A stretch of 64,000 bases of DNA from Oscillospiraceae bacterium (GCA_015063845.1 SVTJ01000005.1:19454-83453); one strand, 5' to 3'; counted from the stretch's first letter, positions 15,498-25,488 are shown. Numbers and translations: made by a program. The notes: generated by a model not told the origin, from the sequence alone.

Positions 15498-16208
15498 TTA
15501 CGCTGTTTTATTTTTATGCCCATCGGGCAGAGCTTCGTTTTTTGATTTGAACAGCACCATGTGCTTTACTATCTTGATAAGCGTTGCGATAGCAACGTGG
15601 AGCGCGTGCCAAACTCTCAGCGAGAAAGACAGCTTTATGTCCACGGTGGTCTTTTCCGAGAGATAGTCGGCGTTAACGCTTACGTCCTGAGTCTTGGGCA
15701 GGTCAAACCCGCGCAGCGGCTCGAGGATATGGAAAAGATGTGACAGCGCGCTACACACCGCACCGTATAAAATTGCGGTGGTCGCCGCGTCCTGTGTTGC
15801 CACGTTGATGTGAAATTTTGCGATATCGACGCGCAGATGCCCAAAAAATCTTCCGAGCGCGGTGGTGACTATCTCCTTAACAGCCGCAATTATATCGAGC
15901 ACGTCGTCAAAAGAACGCTTTTGCTTTTTCTTTTGCTTCTCAAGCTTTTTAAGACGCTTCTTTTCAAGCTGCTTTTGCTTTTTCTCCAATGCCTTTTTAC
16001 GCACCTTTGCGCGTATTCTCTTTGCTTTCGCTCGGCTCATGGAATGAGGGCCGCGTCTTTGCTTTTTCGGGAGCACCCGAACCTTTATAAAGCCAACGCT
16101 GACAAACAGCAAAAGCTCGTCCTTGTATTCGAGCGTCACCTTAACTCGCAAGGAAAGCACGAGCAAGAAAAACAACGCGATACAAGCAATTATTATTAAA
16201 GCCGTCAT
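15498..16208 (-). CDS. DUF2953/YtfI-like membrane protein
   Basis: N-terminal TM helix, a strongly basic KR-rich linker, and position directly upstream of ytfJ as in Bacillus ytfI-ytfJ. Confidence 0.6.
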   Translation of the reverse strand: MTALIIIACIALFFLLVLSLRVKVTLEYKDELLLFVSVGFIKVRVLPKKQRRGPHSMSRAKAKRIRAKVRKKALEKKQKQLEKKRLKKLEKQKKKQKRSFDDVLDIIAAVKEIVTTALGRFFGHLRVDIAKFHINVATQDAATTAILYGAVCSALSHLFHILEPLRGFDLPKTQDVSVNADYLSEKTTVDIKLSFSLRVWHALHVAIATLIKIVKHMVLFKSKNEALPDGHKNKTA

Positions 16209-16247
16209 AGCTCTCCTCCTTTTGTGCGATAGGTCGTTCTCAAAAGA

Positions 16248-16874
16248 TCATTCGGCGTCGTCAGCCTCGGGGGAAACGACACCCGCGTCCTCGTCGGTCA
16301 TATCCTCGTCTGTGACTATCGGTACGTCCTCCTTAGGCGGGAGCAGAGTTTCGGTAGCGGGAAGCTCGGAGAGGGAGTTTATTCCAAACACTCTGAGGAA
16401 CTTCTCGGTGGTAACGTAAAGCATAGGTCTGCCGGGCGCGTCAAGCCGTCCGCACGCCTCGATAAGACCCTTGTCGATAAGCGAGTTCATAGCGTACGAG
16501 CTGTCAACGCCTCTGACCTGATCCACAAAGCTTCTGGTCAGCGGCTGGTTGTACGCAACTATTGCGAGCACCTCCATCGACGAAGCGGAGAGATTTCCGC
16601 CTCGGCGTATGCCGAGCGCCTCGCGTATGTAGGGAGCATACTGCTCCTTCGTGCAAAACTGGCAGGTCTCTTCAAACATCAAAAGGGAAACGCCTCTTTT
16701 TGACTTGTCGGAGTTATAGTCTTTTGCCATATGCTCGATAAGTGTTTTTGTATTATGGACGTCAAGTCCGAGCACCTCGGCTATCTTTTCGTATTTCACG
16801 GGATATCCCGCCGCATAGAGTATAGCCTCAATAGCTCCCTCGATATTCTTTAAGGTATCTATTTGTTCGTTCAT
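16248..16874 (-). CDS. scpB: Segregation and condensation protein B
   Basis: ScpB-type sequence (IEAILYAAGYPV.., LSASSMEVLAIVAYNQPLTRSFVDQVRGVDS). 4-nt overlap with scpA. Confidence 0.9.
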   Translation of the reverse strand: MNEQIDTLKNIEGAIEAILYAAGYPVKYEKIAEVLGLDVHNTKTLIEHMAKDYNSDKSKRGVSLLMFEETCQFCTKEQYAPYIREALGIRRGGNLSASSMEVLAIVAYNQPLTRSFVDQVRGVDSSYAMNSLIDKGLIEACGRLDAPGRPMLYVTTEKFLRVFGINSLSELPATETLLPPKEDVPIVTDEDMTDEDAGVVSPEADDAE

Positions 16875-17674
16875 TGCTGTTCCTCCGTATCCTTTTGAAG
16901 CTGGGCGATGTTGTATTCGCTCTCGCCGACAGTGGTGTCGTCGGTGTTGAGGATAAATCTCGTTCTTGCGCTGAGAACTGCGTTTTCGCTCTGTTCTCCG
17001 TCGTCCTCCACAAGCAGCTTTCGTATCTTTACAAGCTCAAGCACGCCGAGGAAGGAAGCGATCACATCGGGTAGGGACGCCTCGTCTATTATTAGGTCCT
17101 CAAGCGTTGCTATTCCTTTGTCTTCGATGTGCCTGAGAATTGAAACTATCTTTATCTCAACGGGAATGATAGGCTTGCTTATCATAGGAGTAAAGGTGGT
17201 GGTCGCCGCCCTCTCAAGCGCGTTATTATACGCTATTATGCGCCTTATTGCCGCGCACAGCGAGGTGACGTCCTGATCCTGAACGAAGGTCTTGTCTATG
17301 GATATCTCGTCGGTATCCTTGACCATACGTCCGCTGTAATAAGCATACATAGGAGCAAGCTTTGCCGCCGCTTCCTTTGCCTGCTGGTAACGCAGAAGGG
17401 CGTCTGTAAGAGTAGCTCTCGGGTCGTCCTCGTCGTCGTCCTCGCGGGGCAAGAGCATACGGCTCTTTATGAGCATAAGCTCGCTTGCCATAACGATAAA
17501 CTCGGAAGCAATATCCATATCAAGGCTTTGCGCCTCGGTTATGTACTCCATATATTGGTCGCAAATGAGCGATATCGGTATATCGGTTATGCTGACCTTG
17601 TTTTTGTGTATAAGCGTGAGCAGAAGGTCAAGCGGACCTTCAAATTGCTCAAGACGGTATGTGATTGCGTCCAT
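16871..17674 (-). CDS. scpA: Segregation and condensation protein A
   Basis: N-terminus LEQFEGPLDLLLTLIHKNKVSITDIPISLICDQY is typical of ScpA. Confidence 0.9.
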   Translation of the reverse strand: MDAITYRLEQFEGPLDLLLTLIHKNKVSITDIPISLICDQYMEYITEAQSLDMDIASEFIVMASELMLIKSRMLLPREDDDEDDPRATLTDALLRYQQAKEAAAKLAPMYAYYSGRMVKDTDEISIDKTFVQDQDVTSLCAAIRRIIAYNNALERAATTTFTPMISKPIIPVEIKIVSILRHIEDKGIATLEDLIIDEASLPDVIASFLGVLELVKIRKLLVEDDGEQSENAVLSARTRFILNTDDTTVGESEYNIAQLQKDTEEQQ

Positions 17675-17695
17675 TTTGACCTCCTTTCGCGATCG

Positions 17696-18370
17696 TTAGA
17701 ATGCTATACCGAGAATTATATTCATAAACCAGTCTGAAACGAGATCCAGCGGTCTGTCGAGAAGTCCTACCAAAAGCGCTATCATAAGCACTATGTAGAG
17801 GTACTTCTCATACTTCATTATCTTGAAGTAAAGATTGGTGGGAAGAAGCGTGAGGAATATTCTCGAGCCGTCAAAGGGCGGTACGGGAATGAGGTTGAAC
17901 ACGGCAAGACCGATATTCAGCTGAATTCCCTTGATGAGAAATATCTGGAGCCACCAGAGTGCCTGAGACGCAAACGCGCCTACGCTTGTTCGCATAGCTA
18001 TCTCAAGCTCGACACGCAGAAGCACCGCGAACAAAAGCGCGAGCAAAAGATTTGATATAGGTCCTGCCGCGCCCGTAAGTGCCATATCGCGCTTGGGCTT
18101 TTTGAAATATCTTGTGTCTACCGGAACGGGCTTTGCCCAACCGAAGCCAAACAGCACCATACAGCCAAAGCCGATGGGGTCGACGTGCTTTAAGGGGTTG
18201 AGTGACAGCCGTCCGAAATTGTATGCTGTCGGGTCTCCGAGCTTATATGCCACAAATCCGTGCGCCGTTTCGTGGACCGAAAGCGCAAGAAGAGCTATCG
18301 GCATACTGAGCAGCAGGGAAACGATAAAGCTTGTAAGGTCGAACGTACCCGTCATAAGTGAAGGTATCAT
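17696..18370 (-). CDS. Site-2 protease family (M50) membrane metalloprotease
   Basis: HETAHG (HExxH) motif inside a TM helix, LNPLKHVDPIGF, multiple TM segments. Confidence 0.8.
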   Translation of the reverse strand: MIPSLMTGTFDLTSFIVSLLLSMPIALLALSVHETAHGFVAYKLGDPTAYNFGRLSLNPLKHVDPIGFGCMVLFGFGWAKPVPVDTRYFKKPKRDMALTGAAGPISNLLLALLFAVLLRVELEIAMRTSVGAFASQALWWLQIFLIKGIQLNIGLAVFNLIPVPPFDGSRIFLTLLPTNLYFKIMKYEKYLYIVLMIALLVGLLDRPLDLVSDWFMNIILGIAF

Positions 18371-18397
18371 ATCAGAACTCCTTGTTTTAAAAAACTA

Positions 18398-19699
18398 TCA
18401 AAGAACGTCGTTTCTCACAAGGTCCTCATAGGTCTCTCTCTTGACAACAACTCTGTCCTCTCCGTCCTTGACCATAACGACGGCAGGGCGGGGGAGACGG
18501 TTGTAGTTTGATGCCATAGAGTAATTGTACGCGCCCGTAACGAGCACGGCGAGCGTGTCACCTCTCTCGGGTCTTTGTATCTCCATATTCTCACCGAGCA
18601 GGTCGCCCGACTCACAGCATCTGCCCGCAAGCGTTGCTCTGTAATCGCGCGCATCGGATGCGCGGTTGGCTACAAGTGCCGTATACTGAGACTGATAAAG
18701 CGCGTATCTCGGGTTGTCAGGCATACCGCCGTCGACCGAGATATAATTTCTGAAGCCCTTTACTTCCTTGACGCTGCCGACCGTGTAGAGCGTGATGCCC
18801 GAGGCGGCAACCAGCGAGCGGCCGGGTTCAAGGATAACTCTGGGCATAGCGATGCCGTTTTTGACGCAAAGCGCCTTTACTATCTCGGATATCTGTCTTA
18901 TGCTGTCGGCGTAGTCTATCTCTCTGTCATACTCGGTGTATCTTACGCCAAGACCGCCGCCGAGATTGAGCTCGCGTATCTCAAAGCAGCATTCCTTCTT
19001 TATATCCGCCATAAATTCGGTCATTATTCTCGCCGCGTCCTCAAAGGGCTCGATGTCGAATATCTGCGAGCCAATGTGGCAGTGTATGCCCGCAAGGTCG
19101 ATACCGTTTGCCTCGATAGCCTTTTTGACGATATCCATAGCCTGACCCGTCACAATGGCGTTGCCGAACTTTGAGTCTACGTTTCCCGTGATTATCGCTC
19201 TGTGCGTATGGGGGTCGATGCCGGGGGTGATGCGAAGCAATATACGCTGAGTTATCCCCCTGCGTACAGCCTGTGCGCTCACAGCCGCAAGCTCGTCCTC
19301 GTTGTCGACGACGAACGTGCCGACACCCATATCCATAGCGTCGCATATATCTCTGTCGGTCTTGTTGTTGCCGTGAAAATATATTCTCTCTGCGGGGAAG
19401 CCTGCGCGCTTTGCGGTATAAAGCTCACCGCCCGATACGCAGTCGATGCCCATACCCTCCTGTGCGGCGAGCTTGTATATGCCCGTAAAGCACAGAGCCT
19501 TTGAAGCGTAGAGGGGGAGCGCATCCTCGCCGAAATACTTTCTTGCGGCGTCGCGATAGGTGCGGCACTGGCGGCGAATGACGTTCTCATCAAGAACGTA
19601 CAGCGGAGTGCCGTGCTTTTTCGCAAGCTCAACGGTATCCATTCCGCCGATGGTGAGATGTCCCGCTTCGTTTATATCAAGATGGTCGTGAATTATCAT
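18398..19699 (-). CDS. lysA: Diaminopimelate decarboxylase
   Basis: PLP-dependent fold-III decarboxylase of 433 aa. GTPLYVLDE, YASKA and CESGD motifs characteristic of LysA. Confidence 0.85.
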   Translation of the reverse strand: MIIHDHLDINEAGHLTIGGMDTVELAKKHGTPLYVLDENVIRRQCRTYRDAARKYFGEDALPLYASKALCFTGIYKLAAQEGMGIDCVSGGELYTAKRAGFPAERIYFHGNNKTDRDICDAMDMGVGTFVVDNEDELAAVSAQAVRRGITQRILLRITPGIDPHTHRAIITGNVDSKFGNAIVTGQAMDIVKKAIEANGIDLAGIHCHIGSQIFDIEPFEDAARIMTEFMADIKKECCFEIRELNLGGGLGVRYTEYDREIDYADSIRQISEIVKALCVKNGIAMPRVILEPGRSLVAASGITLYTVGSVKEVKGFRNYISVDGGMPDNPRYALYQSQYTALVANRASDARDYRATLAGRCCESGDLLGENMEIQRPERGDTLAVLVTGAYNYSMASNYNRLPRPAVVMVKDGEDRVVVKRETYEDLVRNDVL

Positions 19700-19716
19700 T
19701 GTTTTGTCCTCTCGGT

Positions 19717-20364
19717 TTATTTGCTGAACGACTTATGTACTCCCGTGACAGTGTCACCGAGGTGCTCGATGATATTGAAGCTTTCGGGGGTAAGTGTGCC
19801 GTTTTCAAAGTTGAAAAGATTTATAGACGCGTTATGAGTGAACGGTATCTCTCCCGTTTGGTCTGCGCTGAGGCCCAAGGCTCTCGCGCAAAGAGCTCTG
19901 ACTACCGTCGCGTGCGTGGACAGCATTACCGTTTGTCCGTCGTGCTTGCTCGCTATTTCGCAAACAGCGGCGTACGCTCTCTCATATACCTCTGCCGTGG
20001 ACTCTCCGCCCGTGCAGCGCGAGTGCGCATAGTCGTTTCTCCACACGCCGAAGTCCTCGGGAAACTCCACCGCAAGGTCTGCCGTGGTGCGTCCCTCCCA
20101 TTCTCCCGCGTATATCTCGCGAAGAGCGGTGGTGGGAATGACCTTGAGTCCGAGAGCCTTGGCTGTCGGAAGCGCGGTGTTATATGCGCGGAGCAGGTCA
20201 CTCGAGTATATACAGTCTATCTTGAAATTTTTGCTGATGTATTCCGCCGCAAGCTCTGCTTGCTTGTGACCTGTCTCGGACAGGTCAAAGTCGGAGTGTC
20301 CCGCGAAACGGTACTCGGCATTTGCGATGCTTTGTCCGTGACGGGTGATTATAAGCCTTGTCAT
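19717..20364 (-). CDS. Histidine phosphatase family protein (phosphoglycerate mutase-like)
   Basis: RHG catalytic motif (IITRHGQS), followed by AGHSDFDLSETG. Confidence 0.8.
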   Translation of the reverse strand: MTRLIITRHGQSIANAEYRFAGHSDFDLSETGHKQAELAAEYISKNFKIDCIYSSDLLRAYNTALPTAKALGLKVIPTTALREIYAGEWEGRTTADLAVEFPEDFGVWRNDYAHSRCTGGESTAEVYERAYAAVCEIASKHDGQTVMLSTHATVVRALCARALGLSADQTGEIPFTHNASINLFNFENGTLTPESFNIIEHLGDTVTGVHKSFSK

Positions 20365-20376
20365 TTTTTGCGCCTT

Positions 20377-20976
20377 TCAGAATTTTGCGTATGTGAGTAT
20401 AGTCTTCCAAAGCTCTTCCTTGCCGTCTCCCTTGAGAGAGGAAAAGGGGATCACCTTGTTGCCCTCTATGAGCGGATGTGCTCCGATAGCCTCAAGGTTT
20501 TTCTTTCTCTCGGTGGCGTTGAGCTTGTCTACCTTTGTGGCGACAACTATAAAAGGAAGCTCGGCGGCAGAGAGATATTCAAGCATCATCTCGTCGTCCT
20601 TGGTAGGGCCGACACGGCTGTCGATAAGCTGAACGACAAGTGTCAGTCTGTCAATATTCTTGTTAGAGGTGAAATATCCGTCCGTGAGTGACGACCATTT
20701 CTTTTTATCCTCGGGATTGCGCTTGGCGAAGCCGTATCCGGGCAGGTCGACGAGAAACAGCTTTTTGTCCACGTCATAAAAGTTTATGGTTATGGTCTTT
20801 CCGGGAGACGAGCTGACGCGCGCGAGCGACTTGCGTCCGAGAAGCGTGTTTATAAGTGAGCTCTTGCCTACGTTGGAGCGACCCGAGAACGCCACCTGAG
20901 GCTGGGGGTCGGACGGTATCTGCTTTGGCAGCCCCGCGCTTATTTTCAAGCTTGTGTTTTGAATGTTAAGAGCCAT
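20377..20976 (-). CDS. engB: Ribosome biogenesis GTPase YsxC/EngB
   Basis: G1 motif GRSNVGKSSLIN, DLPGYG, and the usual position next to lon. Confidence 0.9.
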   Translation of the reverse strand: MALNIQNTSLKISAGLPKQIPSDPQPQVAFSGRSNVGKSSLINTLLGRKSLARVSSSPGKTITINFYDVDKKLFLVDLPGYGFAKRNPEDKKKWSSLTDGYFTSNKNIDRLTLVVQLIDSRVGPTKDDEMMLEYLSAAELPFIVVATKVDKLNATERKKNLEAIGAHPLIEGNKVIPFSSLKGDGKEELWKTILTYAKF

Positions 20977-20997
20977 TTTTATCTCTCTTTCACTGTT

Positions 20998-21666
20998 TCA
21001 CTGTGTGTCTTTTTTTCTATCGCTCAGCTTGTGCTGAAGAAGCCAATCTATCATCTTTTGGTCGTATGCGTAATCCCACGCGTTGTGCTTGACCCCGTGA
21101 TAGAGTGTGAGGACGGCGTTACCGCCCTTTCTGTTGATGCTGGATACCATTTCCACGCTTTCGTGAACCGAAACGATGCTGTCAATATCACCGTGATATG
21201 CGTGCACAGGTAGATCTGCTAGCTTATGTGCGTACCAGTTTATCCCTTGACCGCAAACGGGAGCTATTGCCGCAAATCTGTCGGGATTGTCGAGCGCCCA
21301 TAGCCAGGTCGCCGTGCCGCCCATGGAAAGTCCCGTGAGGTAGATGCGGTCTGTATCAACGTCGTTGTTCTCTATAACGTAGTCGAGAAACTTGTTCAAA
21401 GACTCGATATAGCTTCCCCAATACTCGTCGCTTGGACATTGGGGGGCGACCATAAGAAAAGGAAACTCGCTGTCGAATTTCTTTATATGCTCGAAAAATC
21501 CGTGCTTTGCGATAATGTCTATCTCGCTTCCGTCGGCGTTGCCTCTCTCTCCCGCGCCGTGCATGTATACCACAAGCGGCATCTTGCCATTTACGTCCTT
21601 TGGAACGTAGCGCAGATAATGGAAGCTTTTTCCGTTAGGGTTTTCAAAATACAGTTTTTCGTACAT
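20998..21666 (-). CDS. Alpha/beta hydrolase (carboxylesterase/peptidase-like)
   Basis: GLSMGG nucleophile elbow, with a downstream GDIDSIV and His consistent with a Ser-Asp-His triad. Confidence 0.7.
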   Translation of the reverse strand: MYEKLYFENPNGKSFHYLRYVPKDVNGKMPLVVYMHGAGERGNADGSEIDIIAKHGFFEHIKKFDSEFPFLMVAPQCPSDEYWGSYIESLNKFLDYVIENNDVDTDRIYLTGLSMGGTATWLWALDNPDRFAAIAPVCGQGINWYAHKLADLPVHAYHGDIDSIVSVHESVEMVSSINRKGGNAVLTLYHGVKHNAWDYAYDQKMIDWLLQHKLSDRKKDTQ

Positions 21667-21701
21667 AGTAAGTATTCCTCCGTTTAAGTGTGTGAAGTGT
21701 T

Positions 21702-24128
21702 TTATCTCAGTGCGGGTATCTTTATCTCATCCGCGCCGATGTTTGCTGGAGCGACTATCTCTATCTCGGTGGTCTCCTCAACCTCTTCTCCGCGCTTTGT
21801 GATAGCGGGGCAGAGAGCTGCTGCAAGAACGTCAGATGCCTTTTTGCAGGGGACGAATTTGAGAGACGCGCGCGCTGTCACGTCGATGTCGTCAAGGTCT
21901 CTTTGATTGTCTGCGGGGATAAGAACGGTCTTTACTCCCGCGGAGTACGCCGCCATAGTCTTTTCCTTAAGACCGCCGATAGCCAACACGTTGCCTCTGA
22001 GAGATATCTCTCCCGTCATAGCCACGTCTCGGCGAACGGGGCGACACGTCAGCGCGCTGACAAGAGCCGTCACCATAGTAACACCTGCCGATGGGCCGTC
22101 CTTGGGAACAGCGCCCTCGGGGAAGTGGATGTGTATATCCTTGGTTTTGTAGAAATCGGTGGGAATGCCGTATTCCTCTGCTATCGAGCGAACGTAGCTC
22201 ACCGCAATGTGAGCGGATTCCTTCATAACGTCTCCGAGCGAGCCCGTCAGCTCTATCTTGCCCGTGCCCTCGAGCACTGCGACCTCTACCTTGAGCATAT
22301 CGCCGCCGACAGCCGTCCAAGCAAGCCCATTGACCGCTCCGACCTCGTCCTCGTCCGAAATGGTATCGGGAAGATGCTTTCTCGTTCCGAGATATTCGGA
22401 TACGTTCTCTGCCGTGACCTTGAGCTTCTTGAGACTTTCGTCCTCAACGAACCTCTTAGCCGCTTTTCTGCAAATGTCCGCAATGGCTCTTTCGAGATTT
22501 CTCACTCCCGCCTCGCGTGTGTAAAAGTCTATGATCTCGGTCACAGCGTCGTCCGTGAGAGAGAGCATAGCCTTTCTCAGTCCGTGACGCTTGAGCTGCT
22601 TGCCGATAAGGTGGTGCTTGGCGATAGAAAGCTTTTCGCTCTTTGTGTACGTCTTAAGCTCAATTATCTCCATTCTGTCAAGCAGAGGACGGGGAACTGT
22701 ATCGAGCGTATTTGCAGTGGCGATGAACAAACATCCCGAAAGGTCGAATGGGAGCTCCACAAAGTGGTCGCGGAAGCTCTTGTTCTGCTCTCCGTCAAGC
22801 ACCTCGAGAAGCGCTGACGCAGGGTCGCCGTGATTATCTCTTGTCAGCTTGTCGATCTCGTCAAGCATGATAAGAGGATTGTTTGACTTCGCCTCAATGA
22901 GAGCGTTTATGATACGTCCGGGCATTGCGCCGATGTAGGTCTTTCTGTGACCTCTTATGTCTGCCTCGTCACGCACGCCGCCCAAAGAGACGCGCACGTA
23001 TTTGCGGTTCATCGCTCTCGCGATGGACGCGCCCACCGAGGTCTTACCGACACCGGGAGGGCCTACAAGGCAAAGTATCTGATTGCCGAGAGCGGGGTTG
23101 AGCTGCTTTACGGCAAGAAACTCAAGTATTCTTTCCTTGACCTTTTCAAGACCGTCGTGGTCCGCGTCAAGATATTTCTTTGCCAAGGATACGTTTATTC
23201 TGTCCTTTGTGGACACACACCACGGTATCTCAAGGCAGGTGTCGAGATACGACCTTGCCACAGTCGCCTCAGCCGAGCCAAAGGGGGCTTTGGACATTCT
23301 GTCGGTCTCCTTGATAAGCTTTTCGCGGACCTCGTCGGGGAGCTTTGCCGACATTATCTTTTCGAGATATTCGTCAGCGTCCTCGCTGTCGCCAAGCTCG
23401 TTCTTTATAACTCTTATCTGCTCGCGCAGGTAGTATTCCTTTTGGTTTTGGTTGAGATTGGAGCGCACCTTTTTGTGGATATCAAGCTCGCACTCAAGAA
23501 GGTCAGCCTCTTCCTTAAGGAGCGCGATGAGAAGCTCAATGCGCTTTTCGGGGTCGAAGCACTCGAGTATCATCTGCTTGTCGGTGAATTTGACCAGCAT
23601 ATTTGCCGCGATAAAATCGGCGAGAAGCGCGGGTGTCTTTATTCCCGATGCCGCCGTGAGCATATCGTCGCTTGCGGAGGGAAGGAGAGACGCGAGAGCC
23701 TTGGCCTCGGAGAGGATAGCTCTGCAATAAGCCTGGTTACGCACGTCGTCGATATCCGACGCGGTATGTGTTTTTGAATTGACCTCGGCGAGTATGTAGT
23801 CCGCGAACTGACGGAACTCGGTGACCGCCGCTCTGGAGTATCCCTCGGCGATAAGTCTCACACCGCCCTCGGGTGTTTTCACCGACTGCTTTATCTTGCA
23901 TACTGTGCCGACACGGAAAAGTCCGTTCGGCAAAGGATTTTCCTCGTCGGATTTTTTATAGGTACAAACGACGATGAGAGAGTCGGTATCAAAAGCCGCC
24001 TCAGCCGCCCTTATAGCAATGTCGTCGGTGAGCTCGAAATTTATAGATGCTCCGGGAAAAGCGACAATGCCTCTGACGGGCACGACGGGGAGCGTCATTT
24101 TCTTTATTTTAACGATATATTTTGACAT
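21702..24128 (-). CDS. lon: ATP-dependent Lon protease (LonA)
   Basis: N-terminal LON domain (LPVVPVRGIVAFPG), Walker A GPPGVGKTS, and proteolytic PKDGPSAG serine motif. 808 aa. Confidence 0.95.
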   Translation of the reverse strand: MSKYIVKIKKMTLPVVPVRGIVAFPGASINFELTDDIAIRAAEAAFDTDSLIVVCTYKKSDEENPLPNGLFRVGTVCKIKQSVKTPEGGVRLIAEGYSRAAVTEFRQFADYILAEVNSKTHTASDIDDVRNQAYCRAILSEAKALASLLPSASDDMLTAASGIKTPALLADFIAANMLVKFTDKQMILECFDPEKRIELLIALLKEEADLLECELDIHKKVRSNLNQNQKEYYLREQIRVIKNELGDSEDADEYLEKIMSAKLPDEVREKLIKETDRMSKAPFGSAEATVARSYLDTCLEIPWCVSTKDRINVSLAKKYLDADHDGLEKVKERILEFLAVKQLNPALGNQILCLVGPPGVGKTSVGASIARAMNRKYVRVSLGGVRDEADIRGHRKTYIGAMPGRIINALIEAKSNNPLIMLDEIDKLTRDNHGDPASALLEVLDGEQNKSFRDHFVELPFDLSGCLFIATANTLDTVPRPLLDRMEIIELKTYTKSEKLSIAKHHLIGKQLKRHGLRKAMLSLTDDAVTEIIDFYTREAGVRNLERAIADICRKAAKRFVEDESLKKLKVTAENVSEYLGTRKHLPDTISDEDEVGAVNGLAWTAVGGDMLKVEVAVLEGTGKIELTGSLGDVMKESAHIAVSYVRSIAEEYGIPTDFYKTKDIHIHFPEGAVPKDGPSAGVTMVTALVSALTCRPVRRDVAMTGEISLRGNVLAIGGLKEKTMAAYSAGVKTVLIPADNQRDLDDIDVTARASLKFVPCKKASDVLAAALCPAITKRGEEVEETTEIEIVAPANIGADEIKIPALR

Positions 24129-24328
24129 TTAAACGGTTTCCTTTCAGGGGGATTGCTAAGTGAAGTAGTTCTTTTTGACGAAAAATACACACCTGTTTTT
24201 TGTCTTTCGCAAAAAAGAAAATATACATTCATTATATTATAACATATATTCGCGAACATTTCCACAGTTTTTTGAATTATTTAAAATTTTATTTAAAAAG
24301 CCAACACAAAGCACACACGTGCCTGTGC

Positions 24329-24583
24329 TTTAGAATTTGTCGGTGTGTTCGCACAGCACCCCTTTTAAAAGTTTTAGTCAAGTTTTTTTAAAAACTTGCG
24401 GGGTCAAGGGGCGGCGCCCATTGCCGCTCTCCGCAGAGAGCGGAATCCTTTACACTGAGAAGGGAGTTCCGACGCTTGCGAGCGTCGGCAATCCTGCGCG
24501 GCTTGAGCGCGAAAACTTTTGAAAAAGTTTTATCAAAACTTTAAAGCCGGGTGCTGTGCGAACACAGCTATAAATCCTAATTT
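24329..24583. mobile_element. Complete 255-bp foldback element of the repeat family (MITE-like)
   Basis: About 34-nt inverted ends (TTTAGAATTTGTCGGTGTGTTCGCACAGCACCC / GGGTGCTGTGCGAACACAGCTATAAATCCTAATTT). Internal 8-bp-stem tetraloop hairpins at 24424-24443 and 24469-24488, plus an AT hairpin at 24379-24398. No coding capacity. Confidence 0.55.
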
Positions 24584-24621
24584 TCAAAACCCTTTCAAAA
24601 TGTTTTCCTCAAAAGGCGCGT

Positions 24622-24665
24622 CATAAAAAAATATACCCCCCGTTAAATGCTTACGGGGGGTATAT
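24622..24665 (-). terminator. Intrinsic terminator of the 77-aa gene
   Basis: 13-bp stem ATATACCCCCCGT/ACGGGGGGTATAT flanked by A- and T-runs, directly after the stop at 24675-24677. Confidence 0.85.
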
Positions 24666-24674
24666 TTACTTTTT

Positions 24675-24908
24675 TTACGCGTTCTGTGCGAGCCACTCGT
24701 CAGCCTTAGCTGCGGAGATGCGCTTGATATCTTCCTTGGTGTACTTGGAATCAGCACCGCCGTTTGTGTAAAGGAAAAACTTGCCGCCCTCGGTCTTATA
24801 AAGGGTCTCCTCGTAACCGTCGGTATCACCGAAGTTGCCGAAGGTCTTCTTGAAAACAAGCTCGGAAGCAGCAGTGTCGTACTCTACCTTGCAGATGATC
24901 TTCTTCAT
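24675..24908 (-). CDS. Small conserved-looking hypothetical protein (77 aa)
   Basis: It has its own near-consensus promoter, an AAAGGA RBS and a terminator. Its codon style resembles the ribosomal-protein genes. No motif recognised. Confidence 0.6.
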   Translation of the reverse strand: MKKIICKVEYDTAASELVFKKTFGNFGDTDGYEETLYKTEGGKFFLYTNGGADSKYTKEDIKRISAAKADEWLAQNA

Positions 24909-24951
24909 TATGTATACGTCCTTTCTAAAGATTTGCTTTGTTAACGGACGT

Positions 24952-24980
24952 ATTATACCACATTTTTTTCAAAATTGCAA
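24952..24980 (-). promoter_or_regulatory. Sigma-A type promoter for the 77-aa gene
   Basis: On the minus strand: TTGCAA, 17 nt, TATAAT, with TGG (extended -10) upstream. Confidence 0.6.
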
Positions 24981-25332
24981 TAGTAATCTGATGGAAAAAA
25001 CAAAAAAAGAGAAAGCACAACGATACGTACTTGCACGGTTTGTTATCATAAGATTGATAATCCGATGCTTTCAGGTTCGTTGTGCGTGACGCTGTGGAGT
25101 TGGTGCCGCCGACAGCATGATTATTATACCCCCAAAAGCAAATTTTGTAAATATCCATTTTAGACGATTTTTTGTCGAAAATTTCGTCAAAATTGATACG
25201 CATAGTAAAAAAATGCCCCCAAAAACCCCAAATTGCTTAGAGAAAAGCACGACACGGACGGAATGTCGTAGGTATGTCGCGGTGGCTCGAAAACTGCCGA
25301 AAAAGAGAAAAAATATTTTTTTGCAAAAACAC

Positions 25333-25361
25333 TTGACAAGAGAAGTCGAATATGGTATACT
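25333..25361 (+). promoter_or_regulatory. Sigma-A type promoter of the infC-rpmI-rplT operon
   Basis: TTGACA, 17 nt, TATACT, preceded by TGG. Confidence 0.65.
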
Positions 25362-25367
25362 AATCGG

Positions 25368-25488
25368 GCAAAATGAAGCAGAACTCTCCGTTCTCACCGT
25401 CGGGCATTGAGCGCGTACGGTCTGATATTCACCCAAAGTCCGAGGTATAGCTCTCGGTGTTTGTCGTGCGGAGAAGTCTCTTCGCATG
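25368..25488 (+). promoter_or_regulatory. Leader with intrinsic terminator upstream of infC (ribosomal protein L20 leader-type attenuator)
   Basis: About 160-nt untranslated leader. Hairpin TGCGGAGA-AGTC-TCTTCGCA (25457-25476) followed by TGATTTTTTTT. Position matches the Firmicute L20-responsive leader. The L20-binding fold itself was not verified. Confidence 0.5.

Noticed and set aside
24925-25487. ORFs of 92-138 aa in the gap between the 77-aa gene and infC: 24925-25203(-), 25071-25487(-), 25117-25410(+).
   Set aside because: They overlap two mapped promoters and the infC leader, have no RBS, and have implausible composition. I could not assign a function to the roughly 350-nt spacer (24981-25330).
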